Source: Lepidodermella squamata (lineage: Eukaryota > Animalia > Gastrotricha). From it: DNA of 64,000 nucleotides. The stretch is from NCBI GenBank assembly GCA_047495785.1, contig JBLDXI010000055.1, positions 558,001-622,000 of the forward strand, in the 5' to 3' direction. Shown here in pieces: positions 15,776 through 26,864 of the stretch; within the stretch, counting starts at the first letter, position 1, and every line of letters starts with the position of its first letter. Below the pieces are notes generated by a model. The model saw only the letters and a program-made list of their open reading frames with translations, ran no database searches and had not been told where the DNA came from. A program made the translations under genes and the position numbers.

Positions 15776-15792
15776 ATCATTTTTAGGTCGTA
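15776..15792. repeat. Dispersed 17-bp motif, copy 3 (3' of chimeric channel gene A)
   Basis: Identical 17-mer 10 bp beyond the stop codon at 15802, followed on the minus strand by AATAAA. Confidence 0.8.
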
Positions 15793-15801
15793 CCAATAGA
15801 T

Positions 15802-18800
15802 TCACATAAACATCATTCGCATGAAAATGGCACAGAATGCTATCAAGTACAGCGCAGCTGCAACAATGTCCAATATTCTAATGAACGACAGTTTTCCAGG
15901 ATTTCTACCCACATGTTTCCTCTCAGCCACGTTCTCATGGCAGCAAGCAGCCAGCTGAAACACAACGCTTGCTCCACACAGCCAAATTACAGCAGTGATA
16001 GCATCAAACAGATACATCCGCTGCGATGTTTTCGGAAAAGATGACAGCGCATCACTCTCAACCAGCTTCATTGCCATCAACGAAAACAAAGAGAAAGCCG
16101 GTCTTTCAGCTGAAACCGGCGGGATGAAGTAAGAAGCCGGGAAAACCAGGCCAGTAGCGACGAACGGTGAGATTATATTCCAAACATAATATTCGGAATC
16201 TCGTTTCAAGGTCACGCTGAAGTGGACCGCACTCGTCGACATAGATTTGTAGTAGCTAGTAGACAAAGCTGTCACGTGACCCTTGTATAGCCAATCGCTA
16301 AGCGACATAGCCATTGGCCAAATAAATATGGGATCGTGAAATATCACTGAAGAATCAGGGTGATCAAGAGCGAAACTGAAAAAACACGTCTGCTTATCGT
16401 AAGGGAAATCTGCCAAGTCCAAATCGCACGATGATTTGAATGACCCAGTTTTCACCCAGTAAAAACTTATCGTTTTGTTGTCAGAATCAGCATCAATCTT
16501 CAAAGTAGCAAAAATGTCCTCTTGATAGCCATTAAAATCGCCGCGTTCGGAGTTCAGCATTCTGTGCAATGGTTTCCAAATTCGCTCGGGAGACGAAACA
16601 ACGAGTCGATACTGGCCAGACGTTGGGTCGTATGGATCCTCAGGGCAAGTTTCGATGTTCCAAATTGATAGAAACGAACCCGCAACTGTAATTGACCCTG
16701 AACTACTGTCTATTTCTACGAGTCTATCTACACCGAAAGATGGCTGGACGTATAGAGGTAAGGACGGGTCTTGAGGTGCAGGAATTTGAAACCCAGCGGC
16801 GAAATCGGTACAGTAACTCAGAATATCATCCGTGGTATTACATGAAACAGGCAGCTCAGAATAATCAACATTCAACTGATGGAATTTTTGATTCGATGAT
16901 TGCTGATATTCCTTGATTTTCCTCAAAGTTTCTCCTGAATCTGGGCTTCCATAAATAGCTGATTTAACAGGCTCAGTACTCGACTTGCTAATTGAACGGC
17001 TATCGGATCCGCACGCTCCAGTTCTGTTAAGTCATTCGATATAACATTCCAAATTCAATAAATCGAAACTTACTGATAAAATTTGGTGACAGTGGTTGCT
17101 TTTGAAGTAGTTGACGAAGTTGTTGTCGTGGTTGTCGTCGAAGTCACTAGCTTGGGTGTTGTAGAACTCGTTGCCGGATTAGTTGTCGGTACATAGGCTG
17201 TTGTGGTTTTAGACGTGGATGGAGCTGTAGTAGAGGGTGTGCTGGTGGAACTTGTTGTCGAAGTCGTCGAAGTTGAGCCAGTGGTTGTCGTTGGGGTCAG
17301 TGTACTAGTTGATACAGTGGTCGATGTTGACGAGGGTGTGGATGGAGATGATGTCGTCAGTGTTGAAGAAGTTGACGATGTCGTCGATGTACTAGATGTT
17401 GATGGGGAGGTGGAAGTTGGGGAGGTTGATGTTGTTGACGGTGTTTCAGTTGTTGTAGTGGAGCTAGAAGTCGGTGAAGTCGACGTAGTTGTTGTCGTTG
17501 ACGAGGAGGTTGAGGTTGAAGGTGTTGTGGGAGATGTTGACGGCGTCGTAGTCGTCGAAGTTGAGCTAGAGGTCGAAGTAGTGGTAGTTGTTGAAGATGA
17601 AGTTGAGGGCGTTGTTGTCGTCGTAGAAGTTGATGTCGATGGTGTTGTAGTCGTCGTAGACGTTGATGTTGAAGGCGTTGTAGTCGTCGTAGATGTTGAT
17701 GTCGATGGTGTTGTAGTCGTAGAAGTCGATGTTGATGGGGTTGTAGTCGTCGTAGAAGTTGATGTTGAAGGCGTTGTAGTTGTCGTAGTGGTGGTCGTAC
17801 TTGTTGTAGTCGTTGACGTCGTCGTTGTTTGCGCGCAGTCCCAAACTTTGACCGAATAAACGTCCAATGTCTGCTGGGCCCCAGTGTAAACGCTGTTACA
17901 AGCAATCATACCGAGAGATATGTTGCTGCCGAAAGCGGCTTGAAGCGACGATGCCGGCATGACTATTCCCGTCATTGCTCGCATGCATGCATTCGTTCCG
18001 AACTTGCAAACATTTATCGAGAATGTGTTATTTCGAACACGCCATTGCCAAACAGTGACAGATGACACGTAGGAATCAACCCACATTTGCGTAACATTAG
18101 GCCAGTACCAATCCATGTCCGTATTGTAACCCCACCATTTTCCACCATTTGGAGCAGCCAGGAAAGGAATCATTACACCATCATTATAATACGGCTGAAC
18201 AAAGATAGTCATACCTGGTAAAACAAACTATACAGTAAAAACACGTAAAGGAAGTACCTATCTAAAAATACCAATATGGCTTGCTCTGTTCACGCCGTAT
18301 TCATAGCCGGATGACTGTGCGGGGTAGAAATTAGAGGGCGGAGATGTTCGATAGATTCCAGCCTGGTTAGAGACAATTATTCCGAAGCCATATGGCCACG
18401 TACTATCACCATCGAATATTCCAGAGTCAACCACGGTTTCGAAGTAAAAGTTTCCCAGTGTGAATGGCTGCAAAAAAAAGAACTATTAATTTACTAATTT
18501 AATATATGATTGATTTTACAGCTTTCGTCCACATCGTACTGCTACGCTCGGGTACTTTCGACAGCAGTCGAACGGCTCCACTTGGTCTTCCGGTCACATT
18601 CAAGTCAGATGGATAGTAGTAATCCCAAAGGGATATATCAGATGATTGCTGATAGCTGTATTGGGGTTGCAAAATGCCACCCGGGCACATCAACTCCGTA
18701 GGGGTAACCTAATCTTTCGACATTGAAAAGGTTGAGGTGAATTACGTAATACCTACCACAGGTACAGCTGTCGTAGTAGGATTTGGGTCGCAGTCCCACA

Positions 18801-19802
18801 CGTCAACAGTATAAATGTCCACATAGCCACCAGCGCTTCCACTAGCAGCAATTATTCCTGTAAAATTAATTATCAGATCAAGGTGTTTAATTCAGCCGTT
18901 ATTGTTCTGTTTTAACCCATTGATAAATCATTTGGGTAAAATGCTCCCATTAGCGTGTTTGACATTGCGACACTGCTGAGTGTTCTGTTGCAGGTTGATG
19001 TGTTAAACACGCAAACATCAACTGTCAGCACATTTTTGGCCACGCGAATCTTCCACGTCGATCTTTGTTGAAAGTAAGTTGTTCGAAACGTCGACGTGCC
19101 CGTCCAGCAGAAGTCGACGCTACCGCAGTTGGCGTACCACTTCGTTGGATTAGGGTTTGGAGTGATCAAGTTACCAGACACATATTGGTAAGGCCCCATC
19201 AATATCGTGAAGCCTGAAGAAATTATTTCAATTTAACCCTCCTCAATTGTTAGTATCCCTTACCTATGTGTTTGACTCGACGAACGCCGTAGGTATAAGC
19301 GGCATTTTGGGTTAAAAACCCACTGGCGGGGCGAACTATACCAGCCTGGTTTGAGAAAATGAGCCCGAAGCCAAACGGAGCAGCACCAGGGTATACACCC
19401 ATATTAGCCGTAAGTTCCACGTAGAAGTCATTCAGAGTGAAAAACTAAACCAGAAAAATGTGAATTTCGCGTTAATAATGATAATTTTAGGTTCTCACTG
19501 CTTTAGTCCACATTGCTCCATCTTGATTTGTACTCTCTGATATTAACCTGGTGGTTCCAGGATTTTGAGACGCGCGATTCATTCCGTTGTAGATGTAGTA
19601 ATCCCAAGCTGTTGTCAGGTTGGTCGGCGTCTGATAGGAATATCCTGGCTGGTAGACGCCGCCAGAGCATACCTGAGGATAAGCTTCGCGAAGCAAAGCG
19701 TAACCTTTTACAGGGAAAATTCAGTTCAACTAGATAATTATCGAGAAAACCCATTGTAAACTTACCAAAAAAGATTAGTGATAGAAAATTTCTGGTGTTC
19801 AT
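15802..19802 (-). CDS. Chimeric receptor A: signal peptide + 2 L-type-lectin-like domains + ~250-aa Thr/Ser mucin stalk + Cys-loop ligand-gated ion channel subunit (predicted 1189 aa)
   Basis: Nine exons: 19802-19766, 19704-19499, 19444-19264, 19213-18917, 18857-18757, 18708-18520, 18467-18272, 18214-17074, 17023-15802. All eight introns are GT-AG, 48-61 bp and frame-preserving (CDS 3570 nt). The channel part has IWKP (loop A), Cys-loop CDLDLADFPYDKQTC, LKRDSEYYVWNIISP (pre-M1), AER before M2 and four TM helices. Confidence 0.88.
17590..17790 (-). repeat. Coding minisatellite (30-33 bp unit, TTTT(T)PSTSTS) in the mucin stalk of receptor A
   Basis: About 5-6 near-identical units visible in DNA and protein, within a longer degenerate Thr/Ser tract (17075-17834). 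Boundaries are approximate. Confidence 0.85.
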
Positions 19803-20253
19803 CTTTCGATGAGGTGTCGAGAGGAAGTAAACTGACGAAACTGTCAATTCAAAAAAGCTTGTATAAAACCCAGCATCGAAAACAACTTCCGAGCTTTCAT
19901 GCTACATCAATTTTTCATGAAGCAATAATGCGAACATGGGATGAAAGGATGAAATTGCTTTCAACATGCTTGAAAGCCGTTTAAGGCACTAGAAGTAGTA
20001 CGCCTTTTCGCTGAAAATCGATGCGTCCGTTTTCTCGGCTACTTCCAAACCAATCTCTTATATAAAAAAATTTATATCTCGACCTTAAATGTTTACTCAA
20101 AATAATATTTTCACTATCAATATTTACATGAGGAATTAGGGCTGATAATTCATTGGTAAATAGAGGGGTTAGGGGTTCATAGGTATTGGGGTGATCAACT
20201 TCATAGTTTTCAATCAAAAACAGTGAAATCTTTCATATTCCTGAATCACAAAT

Positions 20254-23200
20254 TTAGCGATTCAGCAGTGCTGCCTTCATCAGATAAGCCAGATAACCAT
20301 TCAGGGCGAAAAAGACAGTCAGGCACAGGACGCCGCTGATGACGTCGAAAACTCGCACAGAACTGCATTTACCGCACTTATTGCCCAGGGTTGACGAACT
20401 TGCAGCAACCATTTCATGGCAACAGGTCACTAATTGATACAAAGTGCAAACACCACATAGCCAGAAGATAGCCATCGAGTAGTCAAACGCTAGAGTACGT
20501 TGAGTTGTTTTCATTAAGGCAGCGCCGTTGTCAACAACAATCGAATGTGCATAGCCGTTAGCTAAAAGCAACAAGACCGAAAAAGTAGGTCGTTCTGTCA
20601 TTATCGGCGGCAGAAAAAACGAAGCTGCCTGAGCGAGTAAAAGAATAGACGAAGGCAGCATCGAATCCACCACCACGCTGACAGGGTTGCGTTTGATCGT
20701 AAAACTGAAAAACACAGCACTTGCCGGTTTACCACTATAGTAAAGACTCGATGATATCGACGCTCCGCCTTTCAGCCGCCAATCATCACGTGAGTCGTTC
20801 TGAAACAAAATCACTTTGGGGTCGAGAAACTTCACCAACGACATTGGGTGTTTGAAGTTAAAACCAATCACGCAAGTTTGAGTATCGAAAGGGTACATTG
20901 AGGTGGAATTTGAATCGCAAGTTGCTGAGTAATTCCCCTCAACTTGCCTGATGAAACTGAGCGATCGGTAGCCTGAATCTTCATCATTGATTGTCGTAGC
21001 AGAAATAACATCCGAATAGGTTGAATTGTTCGAATAAACTGGCTGATATCCAGGGACCCATACGTCGCTAGCTGAAGATATCGGCAATTGCTCAAGTACT
21101 GGCGGGCAAAAGTCTGTTGGGTCGATCTCGCAGGTAGTTACGTACCAAGATAATTGCAGGGTCCCGTAAACAGATGATTGCCCTTCTTCCGGCTCAATTT
21201 GCAACAGTCGATCTATTGCGAAGGTTGTTTTAACAAGAAGCGGATCGTCTGTTCCAACTTCGGAAAACATTGGTCCTGAAGAATCTGGGGCGATGCTTTC
21301 GCAAAGAATCGTCAGTTGGCTAGCCGTAAGGTAATGGACCGGAAGATTCTGGGTAGTAGCAGTATTAAGCTCGCCAAGCATCCTCTGAGAAGACGAGTTT
21401 TGGGATTCTGCAATCTTTTTCAGGCATGAGCTCATATCTATTAAAGGAACGATTTACTTAAGTTTCTGAAACATTAAACATTAAACAAACCTGCTTCTCC
21501 TCCGCCATAAAATACCTTGATGCCTCCAGGCACTGAAACCAGTGATTTTGAATTTTCGATATCATCCGGACACGTCTTATTCAAATTTAAAAATTGAGTC
21601 GTAGTCCGGCAAAGTTAAACGCCTTATACCTGTCTTTGGGGCAGGCCATTCGGGCCTAAATAGGGGCGAGTTGTTGCTGCTGTGGTTGACTTGGTCTAAG
21701 AAATTTCAATCAATTTTCAAAAATTTGCAGAAAATGATTAATGTTACCGTCGTAGATCTCGCTGAAGTCTAAGCATCAAAAATGTAAATATTTTACTTTT
21801 TGGATAGAAAATGGAGAATAAATTACGGTTGTCGGGACATTTTTTGTCGTTGTTGGCTGTTGGGTTACCAAGTTAGCTGATGTAGTAGCCCTGCTGGTTG
21901 ATGATTGAGAGGTGGTAGACGATTGGGTTGCCGTTGATGACGAGGTGGAAGTCGTTGGCAACGCGCAATCCCATACATTTACCGAATAAATGTCCACAAA
22001 ACTCACGGCCGTAGTATCAGCACCGTCGTTCGAGCCAACAACACCTAAGACCATATTGTTTCCACCGAAAGCGGTAAGCAAGTCGCTAGGTAAGGCCGTT
22101 CGGTTGAAAACCCGCGAGCAGTAGTTCGTTCCGAACTGGCAAACATTTACAGAAATTGAACCCGATTGAATTCGAATCTGCCATGTTGCTTTCGAGTAGA
22201 TGAAAGCTTCCACGAAAAACTGGTCCATTTGGCTCCAGCAGAAATCAGCCGAAGAACAGTACCCGGGCCACTTGTTATCGGATGGCGTCGAAATAAAATT
22301 AACCCAGATGCTGTTGCTACTAGGCTTGACAATCAGGCCTAATCCCAGCGCGTTAGCTGTGTTTACTCCAAATCGCTGATTTGAAGCCAAAACCGACGAG
22401 TTCGGTCGAACAACTGCGTTTGAGTTCACAATTGCTAGCCCCCAGCCATAGGGCCAGTTACTAGTATCACTCATCTCTACACTTGCTTCGACATAGAAAT
22501 CATAAAACGGGAATCGCTAACAATAATGTTGTTCTATCAAATTCGCAATAAAAATCCCAATGTTTTTCATACATTTTTGGTCCACATCGCACCTGATGAT
22601 AGGACTGTTTCGGAGATGAGACGAACTGAGCCGTTATTTTGAGTGGCTAGACTCAGATTAGCAGCTGGGTAGTAATCCCAAAGAAGCAACCTATCAGCTG
22701 GACTTTGAAGAGAAAAGTTGCTCCGAAAAGAACCATTCGAACACTGCAGTTCATTGGCGATGTTCTGGGAAAATTTTAACTATGATTCGTTTGGTAAATT
22801 TCTAAACCTTAGCATACCATAGTTGCTACGGATGTCGTAGTACTCGATGTTGTTGGCGCATTGGCCGAACAATCCCAAACATCGACAGAATAAACGTCAA
22901 CGTACAAGGTAGAAGCATTATTGTTGCTTGCAACCACGCCTAGGGACATTCCAGAAACGACCCCAAATACGCTTTGCAGTGAATTCGGCATCAACCAGCC
23001 ATTGATTGGTCGTTCGCAGGTCGTCGTGTTGTAAACGCATACATCGGCGGTTAAAACTCTTCCGATAGCCGATATTTTCCAGACAATTCTGGCGTCGTAG
23101 TAGGTGGAGAAGAAATTCGGGCCGTGAGAGTAGCAAGAGTCGGCCGAGCTACAATAATCAACTAGCCATCTTGAAGCGTTTGCTTTCGTGATGAAATTAG

Positions 23201-23762
23201 CCATTATCGATTGTCGAGAAGGGTTGGCGTAGATGGTCAGACCTTCAGCCATGAATTATTATACGTTTACGGTTGTTTTTCTTACATACCTATGTGATTT
23301 GCTCTTTTGACGCCAAATTCCAAGCCTGGGGTATTGCCGAACTTGTTTGAAGGTCTAACAATGCCGTTTTGGTTTGAAATCATGATTGCGTAACCGGCAG
23401 GATACCGAAATAGAGGTCCGATTCGCATGTCGACTTCAATGTAAAAGCTGTCGAGTTTGAAGGCCTGAGAAAAATGAATCATGGAGAATTTTCTTAGCTT
23501 TTATCTAAACTCATACAGCTTTACTCCACATTGCTCCATCGATATTAAGATTTTCGGAAATCAGACGAGTTGTGCCGCTGTTTTGGGAGTAAGTTGTCAT
23601 ACCCCATGATGTGTAGTAGTCCCAGGTAGCACTAATATTCGCCGGGTCCTTGTAACCGAATTGCGGTTGATAGACACCGGCCGGGCAAAACTGGCTTTGC
23701 GCCCAAGCCAACTCAATTACAAGAAATGAAATTAAAAGCTTTGTTACTTGATCACCACCCAT
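20254..23762 (-). CDS. Chimeric receptor B: signal peptide + 2 L-type-lectin-like domains + ~60-aa Thr/Ser stalk + Cys-loop channel subunit (predicted 1027 aa)
   Basis: Nine exons: 23762-23517, 23464-23290, 23242-22818, 22764-22573, 22516-21827, 21768-21748, 21695-21630, 21575-21491, 21437-20254. All introns are GT-AG, 47-58 bp and in frame (CDS 3084 nt). Signal peptide ends AWAQ. Channel: VWVP, CDSNSTSMYPFDTQTC, IKRNP, TERP, four TMs. Confidence 0.87.
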
Positions 23763-25102
23763 ATTATTTTTTAAAAATCGTAAAAATCCACTCTTAAAGT
23801 TTTCCGTGTCGATTTATCGATGAATGCTTCACTGGAAGGTTCATTAATTCTTCATAGGCGAGAAAATAGCTGGCAATTCAAACTCATCCAACGCATTTTT
23901 TCGTTTCTTTCAATATTATCGATCAAGTTCCAGGTATATGGACATATGCCACATCATAAACACGAAATTTTAACATCGACTGTTTGAATAATTTTAAATT
24001 CAATGAAGATGGTGTAAAATAGTAAAAGCGAGTAATTTCATGGACGCTGAAATTCGCGGAATTGAAAAGACAACGTTAATCTGCGAATGCGACATTTAAT
24101 TTTAACTTTATGTCAAAATTCAAGCCCTTCGGCAAGACCGGCCAGCCAATTGTTTCCAACATGTCGATTAATCATTCATCTTCACCCATCGAAAATTGGG
24201 GAAAACTCAGGTTAATCTGAATCCTAGCCTTATGAAACTCTTCTTTCGATTTATTATAAATCATGAATCGTAAGTAAGGAAAATTATATTACACCACAGC
24301 GCAAGTCCCATATTGATAAGAATGAGCTGCATTTCATATTTTAATATCCGGCACGGTACGGCTTGTCAGGCAGCAGCAGCCTGTATTGTGAATAGCTGCG
24401 TTTTTTCGCCCTTTTATCGATCGAACCGGTAGCTAACTAACTATAAAGCTACCTATTTCATTGGAGTGATAGACACGCAGCAAAATGATGTGTATAATAT
24501 ATATAGTTCTAATGTTATAAGTGAGTAATTTTTCTAATGACTCAGTTCATAGTTCATTAGGGGTTAGTTGCTTTTGCTTACCTGCCATAGCGCTGATATA
24601 ATTTACATCTGCGCGTTTATCAATGTGTACAGCTTTGAACTTTTTGCACCTTGGCTATACGGCTTTCATGTCCTCCTAACCTTTCCGCATAATTTGTCGT
24701 GTTTTATTCTTTAAATAATGAAACCTGAAAACTACTGCGATTCTTCCTCTGCTATTTCTCTTATCGTGTCGACAAGAACGAGCAACTCGAGCCAACAAAA
24801 ACAACACGTCGACGAATAGTGTTTACGCGCGCATTGGGTTAAAACTTCGTGCGAAGGCGTGCACAAAAATATTTAATTCCATATTTTGACCCCAAATAAG
24901 ATTTATAACAGATCGTATAGGATGCTCGATGAATCTTTTTCTGCAGCGTATGACAGCTTATACTGACAGCTCTTTAAAGGAAATTAGTTCAGTAAAGGAT
25001 ATTAGTATAAATTCCACTTATATAAAATGTTCCCTATGTATTAACCGCAACCTGAGAATTGTTAAAATTAAGCTTTTATAGATGAAGTTTTAGGTGTATA
25101 AT

Positions 25103-26632
25103 ATGATTACGGCGACGAGATGGTCGTTTCTGGAAGATGAAGCTGCAGCAATTAAATCTGATTCAGACGAGGCGAATAGCGAGGTAGTATTAAAAACCGC
25201 AAAAATTCAACCTTCAACGGAGGTGACTCATAATGCATGTGACTCAGCAGCCGATGACTTGGCCATCAAAGCTACTGCACTTGCCAGATCGCGAGAGGAG
25301 GACAACTTAAAAGCGGCAATTGGCCTGTTAACCTGCGCTATTTCGCTTCGGCCGGACAGAGCTGGCTACTACAACAACCGTTCGCTCTGTTTTTACTTGC
25401 TGGGCGATTTTAAAAGTTCGCTACAGGACGCCTCGATCGGTCTGAATTTAGACTCTAATTCAACAAAACTTCTCTACAGAAAGGCGGCAGTTTTGCTGAA
25501 ACTGGGGAATTACTACGAAGCTGCCGAAACTGCAGCTAAGATATTGGACATTGAGCCCGCATCAGAAAAAGCGGTAAAAATTCTGAGAATTGTGAACAAA
25601 ATGGCGCTAGCGGACGAGGATGAAGCTATAGCCGATATTGACTTGACATCATGTTCTAACCCCGCAACAACGCCTCGCTGTGAAACAGTTTCTATCAGCG
25701 ATAAAACGAGCCAAGTCATCGGCGTAATTATATCAAATATCTCAGCCGATACAACGGGATCTGATGTCAAACAGTTGATTGAAAATTTGACGGGAATAAC
25801 TGTTGAACAGCCGATTTATCAAGTTTTGGACGAGAAGATGGCAATCAACTCATGCGTTGTGTTTTTGCCGAGTTATGAGGACTGTTTGGAGATTTTGGAC
25901 AATTTTGACAACTGCGAATTGTTTGATAACGGACCGGTGGAGGTGCGTTTATTGGACCGGGCTCACCTGTCGCGCCTCACTTTGACCTTGGCCGATAATT
26001 GCGCATCGTGGAACCTTGCGGTCCTGCCAAGGAAATCTGCCACGCTGGCTCAAAGTAAGAAAAAGCGAAAAAAGACGAAGACACCCACCAAAGAGAACGA
26101 ACTGCCGCCATTTACAAGTGTTTTTGTCAGAAATATGCCGCCAGATATGGCATTTCACGAATTTCTGCAGGATATTTACGCATCGACATGGCAAGTGGCC
26201 GAATTTAATGATTTCAGTGTTGTTAAGCAGTTATCTTTCAAAAATTGTTGCTTTCTCAATTTCAATTCAATTCACGCCGCTGAGGCAGCGTGTTCTTACC
26301 TTGACGGCTTCCTGATCGGCGGATCGCAATTGAAAGCGAAGCTTGAGCGCGGCCGGCCGGGTCACCTGCGACTTGTCGATATCGCGGCCGATTATGAGTT
26401 TTCGTTAACTAGACCGTCTAAATTGCTGCGAGTAGACAATATTGACGGTGCGTTGAAGAAGCAACAGGTGCGCAAGCTGTTTCCCGGTGAAATTATGGTG
26501 TATATGGCTAACCCGGTCGTCTACGTCGAATTCGGCAATCTTGACCTGGCGATTGAATCATATCGGGTCAACCAGGGGCGTCGTGTCTCGAACTCGCAAC
26601 TCGTCGTGCGATACGCACATCCTACTAAATAA
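25103..26632 (+). CDS. TPR-repeat + RRM protein, paralog 2 (intronless CDS)
   Basis: TPRs (YYNNRSLCFYLLGDF...LYRKAAVL); three RRM-like units (VIISNI; SVFVRNMPPD...CCFLNF; LLRVDNIDG...VYVEF); basic NLS-like KKKRKKTK. First ATG at 25103. Confidence 0.88.
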   Translation: MITATRWSFLEDEAAAIKSDSDEANSEVVLKTAKIQPSTEVTHNACDSAADDLAIKATALARSREEDNLKAAIGLLTCAISLRPDRAGYYNNRSLCFYLLGDFKSSLQDASIGLNLDSNSTKLLYRKAAVLLKLGNYYEAAETAAKILDIEPASEKAVKILRIVNKMALADEDEAIADIDLTSCSNPATTPRCETVSISDKTSQVIGVIISNISADTTGSDVKQLIENLTGITVEQPIYQVLDEKMAINSCVVFLPSYEDCLEILDNFDNCELFDNGPVEVRLLDRAHLSRLTLTLADNCASWNLAVLPRKSATLAQSKKKRKKTKTPTKENELPPFTSVFVRNMPPDMAFHEFLQDIYASTWQVAEFNDFSVVKQLSFKNCCFLNFNSIHAAEAACSYLDGFLIGGSQLKAKLERGRPGHLRLVDIAADYEFSLTRPSKLLRVDNIDGALKKQQVRKLFPGEIMVYMANPVVYVEFGNLDLAIESYRVNQGRRVSNSQLVVRYAHPTK

Positions 26633-26864
26633 ATTATTGACCCAGACTTGTCTTTTGCTAACATACCCTGTGATTGTTTTCAAGCGCAATAAAATTGTCG
26701 CTGAATTGGCCTGGGCTTTTTATGAGGGGCAATCAATCAGTGAGCACGCGTAACTGGGTCAAACAGTTTTATTGCGCGCGCTTAAAAAATTAGGTCAAAA
26801 GATATGCGCGCATCCCGAGCGCGATTGTCTCAACCATTCTTGATTTGAATTCTTGATACCAAAA

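Noticed and set aside
17590-17790. Regular 30-33 bp repeats as a CRISPR array
   Set aside because: No unique spacers, the repeats are coding, the context is eukaryotic and there are no cas genes.
17203-17859. 218-aa Val/Asp/Glu-rich ORF on the + strand, plus the overlapping Arg/Gln- and Asp/Asn-rich ORFs
   Set aside because: Antisense and alternate-frame shadows of the Thr/Ser mucin repeat, which lacks stops because of its composition.
15802-21435. Treating ORFs 15802-16926 and 20254-21435 as stand-alone nicotinic receptor genes
   Set aside because: Neither has a signal peptide, A's ORF starts at TTG, and both are preceded by in-frame acceptors linking them to upstream exons.
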